A stretch of 32,000 bases of DNA from Pyrobaculum aerophilum str. IM2 (GTDB lineage Archaea; Thermoproteota; Thermoprotei; Thermoproteales; Thermoproteaceae): NCBI RefSeq assembly GCF_000007225.1, contig NC_003364.1, positions 1,050,001-1,082,000 of the forward strand, written 5' to 3'. The position numbers and the translations under genes were made by a program. Below are positions 26,483 to 32,000 of the stretch, piece by piece. The notes under the pieces were generated by a model, which had not been told where the DNA came from, made no database searches, and saw only the letters and a program-made list of their open reading frames with translations. Each line of letters starts with the position of its first letter. Position 1 is the first letter of the stretch.

Positions 26483-27628
26483 ATGAGGGTACACAGAACC
26501 CTGGTAGTACGGAGAAAGATTGAGGAAATTCCGCCAGAGAAGTTAGTTAAGTTCCTCGAGGTGCAACAGAAGTTCAGGGAGTGGGCTACCCAGTGGTACA
26601 AGTCGGGATTCAAGGTGCCAGCACCAGAGGAGAGTCCGCTGAAGTACTTCGCAGTGGAACTAAAGTACGGTATGAGACTGATCCCCACCAACGGTCTCAA
26701 AAACGGCGTCTGGAGGGTACCTTTACCGTTTGACGCACAGCTCCGCGAAAATAACGAAAGGGATCAGAGTCGCGGTGTCTTAGTCGATTTGTCAAGAGGG
26801 GACATCAGAATTAGAAAATGGGGCGGGGGCACGATTGAAATACGGCTTAGAAAATCAGAAATCAAGTGGATAACTCAGAGACTGAGGGAGGGGGCGTGGC
26901 TGAAACTAGCCTACGCGTGGATCGGCCACACCAGGCAGACAAACTTAGTCGCCTTCAATCTGGCACTCGTCTTTGCTAGAGAGACAGAACAGTATCATCC
27001 AATTCGTATCATGGCGATTGATCTCAACGCCCTTCATAACGGCGTCTCCTGGGGCGTTGTAGACGGCGAGAGGGTAATAAGGCGCGATACCGAGAGACCA
27101 GATTTAGTCCGCGTCGGGAAGTTGCAAAAGGAGATATCCCGCCTAGACTCTCTCTGCGCGGAGAGGGGAGGAGACTACTGCGAAAAGGCGAGAGAGGCGA
27201 AGAGCCGCCTCTGGCGATTGTTGCGACGGTTTGAAGACGAGGCGGCCAAGAGACTAGTTGAGCTGGCCATAAAGCAGAAGGCCGCAATAGTGGTAGACGC
27301 GCCAGAGGACGAGTCCGTGAGGGAACTAATGGAAGGGAATTATACGCCAAACAGAAAGATATACCTAAACATAGGGAGACTGAGGAGGAGGATAAGAGAG
27401 CTGGCGGAGTGGTACGGAGCGCCTTACCTTGAGGAGAGATTGTACAGCACTGTCTGTCCCCGTTGCGGGGGCAAAATGAGAGAGCTGTCAAACAGAAAAG
27501 TCAAATGCCTGTGCGGTTTCGAGGCGCAGAGAGATCTAGTGCCCATCCTCTGGGCCCAGAGGCGGTTCTCCGAATTAGTCCAACCCTCCTCTTTTTCGCC
27601 CAATCTGTTGCCAGCGCCCGTTCTGTAG
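26483..27628 (+). CDS. tnpB: TnpB (IS200/IS605 OrfB, RuvC-like RNA-guided nuclease family)
   Basis: RuvC-I IMAIDLN. Glu candidate in AAIVVDAPEDESVRE. Zn ribbon CPRCGGKM...CLCG followed by the RuvC-III-like QRDLVP. ATG at 26483 (MRVHRTLVV) is preferred over the track start at 26402. Confidence 0.9.
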   Translation: MRVHRTLVVRRKIEEIPPEKLVKFLEVQQKFREWATQWYKSGFKVPAPEESPLKYFAVELKYGMRLIPTNGLKNGVWRVPLPFDAQLRENNERDQSRGVLVDLSRGDIRIRKWGGGTIEIRLRKSEIKWITQRLREGAWLKLAYAWIGHTRQTNLVAFNLALVFARETEQYHPIRIMAIDLNALHNGVSWGVVDGERVIRRDTERPDLVRVGKLQKEISRLDSLCAERGGDYCEKAREAKSRLWRLLRRFEDEAAKRLVELAIKQKAAIVVDAPEDESVRELMEGNYTPNRKIYLNIGRLRRRIRELAEWYGAPYLEERLYSTVCPRCGGKMRELSNRKVKCLCGFEAQRDLVPILWAQRRFSELVQPSSFSPNLLPAPVL

Positions 27629-27662
27629 TCGCCACAGACAAATGGTCTCCCCCCTTACGTCT

Positions 27663-27861
27663 GGTTCAACGTTCAAGAGCTGAAATCCGTACTCAGTTCA
27701 ACACTCGGGAGTTGAAAGGCGCAATGTTGAACGAAGTCCCGTTCAACACCTGAGGACAGGGCGCCACCGCCCGACCGGTGTCAGATACTGGGAAGAGAGA
27801 AATCAAAATTGGGAGATGTGCAGGAAAGAGTCATGAGGGAGCCACTGCCCCCCACCCCGCC
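27663..27861. repeat. right inverted repeat of the tnpB element
   Basis: See the left repeat. It starts 35 nt after the tnpB stop, where a TnpB guide (omega/reRNA) scaffold would be expected. Confidence 0.9.
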
Positions 27862-28010
27862 CCGGGCAGGGCGGGGCGGCCCTGGCGCGCGGGCCGAAGG
27901 CGGGGAGAGCCCGCCGAGGGGGTTGCCGACGCCCCGGGCGCGGCCCGCCCCGGAAGCCTCTGGCGATCCGGGGCCCCGTGTCCCCCGGGGCGCCCGGGGG
28001 GATAGGGGAC
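27862..28010. other. extremely GC-rich tract (about 85% G+C by my count), non-coding
   Basis: G- and C-runs with local palindromes (gggcagggcggggcgg, cccccggggcgcccgggggg). ORFs on both strands give Pro/Gly/Arg junk. Confidence 0.7.
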
Positions 28011-28205
28011 ATAGCCCAGCGTGGCTACAATATCACAGGGGGAAGATCAAGAACCAGCACGTAGATGGCTTTGCTATTTCAACGCATGGGAAGAGCGGAT
28101 CTTGGTATTTGGACAAATCGTCTAAAGCCATCGCCGGCGCCGCAATTATTACTAGTGCTATCTTTGTGGACATGAATTCCAGAGATTTTTTAAAAATACT
28201 CCCGT

Positions 28206-28254
28206 TCAGTCCGTCGCGAGCACGTCATATGTCGGCTTTGGTACTCGTCATCAC
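28206..28254 (-). ncRNA. candidate C/D box sRNA immediately downstream of the Pop5 gene
   Basis: Read on the minus strand. C box GUGAUGA (28254-28248), 12 nt CGAGUACCAAAG, D' CCGA, 3 nt, C' AUGACGU, 12 nt GCUCGCGACGGA, D box CUGA (28209-28206), then UAUUUUU. TATA-like ttatataaa (28272-28280) is centred about 25 nt upstream of the C box. Confidence 0.6.
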
Positions 28255-28265
28255 GTCTTTGACAA

Positions 28266-28553
28266 CTAGTGTTTATATAAGGCTTTTCTTATCGACGCGG
28301 CCACGGCCTTGGCCCTTTTAGAAGTGCCCGCCACTTTTACAGTATAACACCCGTTGAGAAGCGCCACTATGGCCCTGGCTTTTCTTACAGCGTCTCTCGG
28401 CACGCCTAATACTACGACGTCGTCGTATATGGCAATAAGCCTAGGCGGGCGTGTTAGCGCCTGGAAGCCGATTAGCTGATACCTCTCGAGGATCTCCGCG
28501 TAGCACCCCACAGGGTCGCGGCTTCGAATTAAGAGATACCGCCACTTAGTCAT
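28266..28553 (-). CDS. rnp2: RNase P protein component 2 (Pop5/Rpp14-like)
   Basis: 95 aa. The N-terminus KWRYLLIRS, the VLGVPRD and ALLN segments, and the C-terminal VAGTSKRAK match the Pop5 pattern (RY..fe..., ...GTikk.). Adjacent to Rpp30 with an 8-nt ATGACTAA overlap. Confidence 0.65.
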   Translation of the reverse strand: MTKWRYLLIRSRDPVGCYAEILERYQLIGFQALTRPPRLIAIYDDVVVLGVPRDAVRKARAIVALLNGCYTVKVAGTSKRAKAVAASIRKALYKH

Positions 28554-29076
28554 CTCTGCTCGCCACTAGCTCTGTCAACACTCCCAGGGAGTTTTTAAAA
28601 GGCGCAGTCCAGTTGGCGTCTCCGCTCAATTCCACAAGCAGTGCCGCCACGTCAAGCGGCGACTTGACATCGCCCAAGCTCTCCACGGGCGTGGAGAACA
28701 CAGTCGCCTCAGGCTCCAGGACCTCAAGCCACTCCGCGAGGAGCGGCAGGTTAGACAACAACGGCTTTAGTGGCAATTCTATATACTTGTTGTATTTTAA
28801 AGCGGCTCTTACCTGATCCCTGGTGAGGGGGGCGTAGGGGTTTACTCTTATAAGCTGTACGTCCTCTCTGTACACATAGACGTTGAACTTATCCCTCCCC
28901 TTGGCCTCAGCCCATTTAATATCAACTCCGCGGACAAAAGGCGCTATTAATGACGTCTCAGCCTCGCGCCTCAGCAAGGCGGCTCGAACGCCCACTTCCC
29001 ACAACGCCTTTTCTACCTCGGGAGAATACACGGCGAAGTCCCACTCCACAAACCCCCTCTTAATCACAAAGGCCAT
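28546..29076 (-). CDS. rnp3: RNase P protein component 3 (Rpp30-like), short form
   Basis: 176 aa. ELPLKPLL and [27 protein letters not shown] resemble the conserved Rpp30 C-terminal strands (..l.l.pLL.. / ..sS.A....d.R.P.D...l....G). Gene order with Pop5 and L15e is as in other archaea. Confidence 0.55.
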   Translation of the reverse strand: MAFVIKRGFVEWDFAVYSPEVEKALWEVGVRAALLRREAETSLIAPFVRGVDIKWAEAKGRDKFNVYVYREDVQLIRVNPYAPLTRDQVRAALKYNKYIELPLKPLLSNLPLLAEWLEVLEPEATVFSTPVESLGDVKSPLDVAALLVELSGDANWTAPFKNSLGVLTELVASRDD

Positions 29077-29410
29077 TTTTCACTCTTATCTTCAGCCTCA
29101 CCACGTCGTCGTGATTCGCGGCCACAAACCGGCCCGCCGCCAGGGCTTGTTTATCAAGCCTTAGGTAATACACGCCGTCGCCGGGAGACGCCGGGATATT
29201 CCCTCCGAATTGTTCGCACAGTTTTTTCAACACGTAGTCGCAATTCTCTAAATACGACGTGGCTAAATAAATGGGATTTCCGTAATGCCCCTCGTATATC
29301 TCAACGACGATGGGAATGTCGCCGAAGGCGCTGCGCAGAATTCCCAACACCGCGTCTACGCTCTCTGTTGAGTGTATAATAACGCTTATTTCCACGTATC
29401 TACACTGCAC
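29060..29410 (-). CDS. DUF54/COG1325-like RNA-binding protein of the exosome neighbourhood
   Basis: [20 protein letters not shown] and [14 protein letters not shown] resemble that family. First gene of the three-gene minus-strand operon. TATA is about 25 nt upstream. Confidence 0.55.
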   Translation of the reverse strand: MQCRYVEISVIIHSTESVDAVLGILRSAFGDIPIVVEIYEGHYGNPIYLATSYLENCDYVLKKLCEQFGGNIPASPGDGVYYLRLDKQALAAGRFVAANHDDVVRLKIRVKNGLCD

Positions 29411-29478
29411 GTTGTGGCGTTTATGGGAGTTTTTATAATTGCAGCGAAAGTTTTATAAACGAGGCAGAGCAGTAGCCC

Positions 29479-30054
29479 GTGGCCCGGTCGGCGTATAGCT
29501 ACATGGCAATGTGGTATAGGAAAATTGGGAGAGAGGTGCACGAAAGGCTAATGAGGAAAATCTTAATTGAGTGGAGGAAAGCTCCGGCAATTGTCAGAGT
29601 GGAAAGGCCTTTTAGGCTGGAGCGCGCCAGGAAGCTCGGCTATAAGGCCAAGCAAGGCGTCGTCGTTGTGAGAGTGAGGCTTATGCGAGGCCCCTTTAAC
29701 AGGAGAAGGCCCGACTCGGGGAGGAGGCCGAAGAGAATGGGCGTGTACGGAATTACGGCGTGGAAATCGTGGAGACAAGTGGCCGAGGAGAGGGCGGCGA
29801 GGAAACACCCCAATTTAGAAGTTCTAAACAGCTACTGGGTAGCCGACGACGGCATATATAGATACTTCGAAGTGATATTAATTGACTGCAATTTGCCCAC
29901 AATAAAAAACGACCCCTTGTACTCGGGGATATGCGGCAGGGAGGTGCCCAGGAGGCGCATTATAAGGAGGCTGAGGGAGAGGCAGAAGAAGACGATTGAA
30001 TACCTCAAGAAGACGCTATTACCAAGACTGAAAGAGGCGCCCAGCCAACAGTAA
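29479..30054 (+). CDS. rpl15e: 50S ribosomal protein L15e
   Basis: ARSAYSYMAMWYRK, RVERPFRLERARKLGYKAKQGVVVVRVR, RRPKRMG and NSYWVADDGIYRYFEVILID are characteristic of L15e. GTG start is 25 nt downstream of gttttataaac. Confidence 0.92.
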   Translation: MARSAYSYMAMWYRKIGREVHERLMRKILIEWRKAPAIVRVERPFRLERARKLGYKAKQGVVVVRVRLMRGPFNRRRPDSGRRPKRMGVYGITAWKSWRQVAEERAARKHPNLEVLNSYWVADDGIYRYFEVILIDCNLPTIKNDPLYSGICGREVPRRRIIRRLRERQKKTIEYLKKTLLPRLKEAPSQQ

Positions 30055-30152
30055 GTTTTTAAAACTAGGAGTAGTTTTATACAACCGCGACGGGCTGTGG
30101 AGAGCCGCGCCCGCGGCGCCGTGAAACAGCCTGACGGTGTCTGGGGACACCC

Positions 30153-31013
30153 CTATTCTCTTAGTTTTCTGAATAAATGGCCCACGAAGGCCAAATTAAA
30201 CCCCCCTCTGCCCTGTGTTGAAAAGTCGTATAAAAAGGCGGAGTCCACGGCTCTTGCCAGATTATATACGGCGAAAAACCACGGAGCGTGTTCCGGCCTC
30301 CCCTGGAAGAAGAGATAGCGGGGCGCCCCCTCCTCGCCGTAGATCCATATTTGGGCATCTCCCACGTTTATTTTCGACGCCTTGCCCTCAGGCCTGCAGC
30401 CAACTGCGGCGTAAAATCTATCCCTCCCCACGGCGTATTCTAGCCTCAGCTTTCTCCTCGGCGCCTCAAGCCCCATAATTGAGGCATAGGCGTCAACTGC
30501 GGCGAAGATCCTCTCCAACGCCCTCATGGGCGCATACAGACAGCCCCCCCAGGCGTCGCGGAAACTGCCGCAAATAGAGTAGTTGCCGCCGACGTAAGGC
30601 CTGTACTTCACAGAAAACTCTTTGAAGTTGTTAGTTTTCTCCACGGGGAGGTCTACATCGACGTCTGGCACCGGCAGAGATCTGTACAGAGATAAAGACG
30701 CCGAGAGCCAGCCGTCTCCAATTATATAAACAGGCACGTCGCTGTTCAAAACCTCCCTGATCCCCTCCAGGCCGACTACGTCACATGAATCTACTACTAC
30801 GTCGTAACTGCCAGCGGGCTGTTCCACAAGCCTCACGGCGAGTACCTCTTTAATAAAGTCCAGAGTAAAGAGGGGGGCGAAGGGCGGGATGTCTAATAGC
30901 GGGTCGGAGGGATTAGAAGTCTGTATGTCAACTTCAACGCCGCTTTCCCGCAAGAGATATGCTAAGTAGGCGGAGCCAGCCTCGAGGCCTCTTATTAAAA
31001 CCCTCTTAACCAT
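30153..31013 (-). CDS. hypothetical protein with a Rossmann-like N-terminus, translationally coupled to thyX
   Basis: ATG at 31013 overlaps the thyX stop (ATGGTTAA). The N-terminus VLIRGLEAGSAYLAYLLRESGVEVDI resembles a degenerate dinucleotide-binding beta-alpha-beta unit. The rest is unassigned. Confidence 0.6.
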   Translation of the reverse strand: MVKRVLIRGLEAGSAYLAYLLRESGVEVDIQTSNPSDPLLDIPPFAPLFTLDFIKEVLAVRLVEQPAGSYDVVVDSCDVVGLEGIREVLNSDVPVYIIGDGWLSASLSLYRSLPVPDVDVDLPVEKTNNFKEFSVKYRPYVGGNYSICGSFRDAWGGCLYAPMRALERIFAAVDAYASIMGLEAPRRKLRLEYAVGRDRFYAAVGCRPEGKASKINVGDAQIWIYGEEGAPRYLFFQGRPEHAPWFFAVYNLARAVDSAFLYDFSTQGRGGFNLAFVGHLFRKLRE

Positions 31014-31740
31014 GGACAAGGGCGGAGAGCCAGGGCGTCTCCGGCAACGGGCCGTGTTTCTCCTCGGCGTCTTTTATGGCGTAGAGGCGGCAGTCCTCCC
31101 CCCTCGGCACTTTAGTGCAGAAATCGCGGTGGAGGCTCGGCAAGTCCTCCCACACCAGTCTGGCGAGGTTGGGCCACAAGCGCCACGCGTGTGCGAACAT
31201 CTGCCAGCAGACGTGTCTGATCTCCGCCTGGGCCGCGTAGGCGCACCTCAAGGGGGCGAAGTTGAGCAACAGCTCCCGGGCGTTCATCTGCACTGCGAAT
31301 AAGACGGCGGTGGCGTTGGGGAGGATCATGCGGGCGTACTCAGGCCTAAACCCCTCCCTCAGCCTCGCGTAGTCCTCGTAGGCCCTCTTCAGCAAATCCG
31401 CGGGGAAGCCCTTGGGCACGACGAATCTTATCTCTCGTTTTGTGTAGTCCACGTAGCGTTGCGACTCTGACCAGTAAGAGGCCATCCTGTGGCGTATGAA
31501 CTGGGTGTGGCAGGCGCGGGAGCACTCCACGAGGAACTGGGCGCCCATGAACTCAAAGACAGACCAGTGCCCCTGTCTGTAAAAGGCCGAAATGCGCTTG
31601 ATAATTACGTCTGGGGCCTGGGCCTTAACCGCCTCTTCCCAGGGCACGCCGCGGTAGAGGGCGTCGGTAAACGCCGAAATAACCGCCTCAGAGCCCCAGC
31701 TGGCGATGAGGAATACGCGGGGGGTTTCGAGAATAACCAT
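31006..31740 (-). CDS. thyX: flavin-dependent thymidylate synthase ThyX
   Basis: ThyX signature RHRMASYWSESQRY (RHRxxSxxxxSxR), plus HWSVFEF and typical length. Confidence 0.92.
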   Translation of the reverse strand: MVILETPRVFLIASWGSEAVISAFTDALYRGVPWEEAVKAQAPDVIIKRISAFYRQGHWSVFEFMGAQFLVECSRACHTQFIRHRMASYWSESQRYVDYTKREIRFVVPKGFPADLLKRAYEDYARLREGFRPEYARMILPNATAVLFAVQMNARELLLNFAPLRCAYAAQAEIRHVCWQMFAHAWRLWPNLARLVWEDLPSLHRDFCTKVPRGEDCRLYAIKDAEEKHGPLPETPWLSALVHG

Positions 31741-31845
31741 GTTAAGATTAACGCCCTTTAAAATCTACTGAACAGGTGATATTAGAATAACTTTACGGAA
31801 GCGCGCAGGGCGGCGAGAGATTTTTTATACCTCTTTACATAAGGC

Positions 31846-32000
31846 GTGGTTAATATCACCCCTCTAAATTTGACGCTCCCCCGGGATTTCCTCAACGAGA
31901 CGCTTCAAGTGCTTAATAAAACGCGGGAGGGGCCCTACACTATATCCAACGCTCCGCTGATTCCCCAGTGGCTACAGAGCGTTTTACTAACCGCGTACCT
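31846..32000 (+). CDS. 5' part of an unidentified gene running off the window
   Basis: GTG at 31846 lies about 22 nt downstream of gattttttatacc. The frame is open to the window end (VVNITPLNLTLPRDFLNETLQVLNKTREGPY...). Only about 51 codons are visible. Confidence 0.3.
   Translation, partial: MVNITPLNLTLPRDFLNETLQVLNKTREGPYTISNAPLIPQWLQSVLLTAY

Larger units (their letters stand above)
26086..27861 (+). mobile_element. tnpB-only IS200/IS605-family-like element bounded by inverted repeats of about 200 bp
   Basis: An intact tnpB lies between two long imperfect inverted repeats. The left edge interrupts the protease paralog. No tnpA is present. Confidence 0.75.

Noticed and set aside
27778-28321. 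Three ORFs (75, 69 and 170 aa) across the right repeat and the GC-rich tract.
   Set aside because: Their translations are Pro/Gly/Arg runs dictated by about 85% G+C. Their N-termini are just the inverted-repeat sequence; the same MSD.G…KIG.CA..SHEG appears from the left repeat on the other strand.
1-32000. Scan for CRISPR arrays, rRNA genes and further tRNAs.
   Set aside because: No regularly spaced direct repeats, no rRNA-like conserved blocks, and no second GTTCRAATC T-loop were seen anywhere in the window.

Overview
The window looks like a crenarchaeal chromosome segment, most like Pyrobaculum/Thermoproteus. Coding DNA is moderately GC-rich and spacers are AT-rich. TATA-like boxes sit about 25 nt upstream of most start codons, which suggests leaderless transcripts, and several gene pairs share 8-nt ATG..TAA overlaps.

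Housekeeping genes I recognise:
- UbiA-type prenyltransferase (partial) and a HAD hydrolase
- an archaeal AAA+ ATPase and RNase HI
- tRNA-Val(CAC)
- NucS/EndoMS
- a class-III aminotransferase
- SufC and SufB, divergently arranged
- a RimK-type ATP-grasp ligase
- a piece of the archaeal RNase P/exosome neighbourhood: a DUF54-like RNA-binding protein, Rpp30 and Pop5, divergent from ribosomal protein L15e
- ThyX

Accessory or unusual content:
1. A tight operon of five secreted or membrane proteins with no domain I can name (9666-13745). Diverged direct copies of the aminotransferase 3' region and its upstream spacer bracket it.
2. Two convergent paralogous cassettes (21252-26085), each pairing a membrane-anchored trypsin-fold (S1-like) serine protease with a Cys-rich secreted partner. 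The plus-strand cassette is intact. The minus-strand cassette is hit three times: a tnpB element truncates the protease, the protease has a frameshift, and the partner has an in-frame TAG.
3. The tnpB element itself sits between imperfect inverted repeats of about 200 bp, followed by a 150-bp tract of about 85% G+C.
4. A multiply frameshifted GIY-YIG nuclease remnant lies downstream of sufB.
5. Two candidate C/D box sRNAs have textbook box spacing.
6. An ORF-free GC-rich block (9300-9640) could be a structured RNA.

I saw no CRISPR array and no rRNA. All homology calls are by eye from motifs. No database search was possible.
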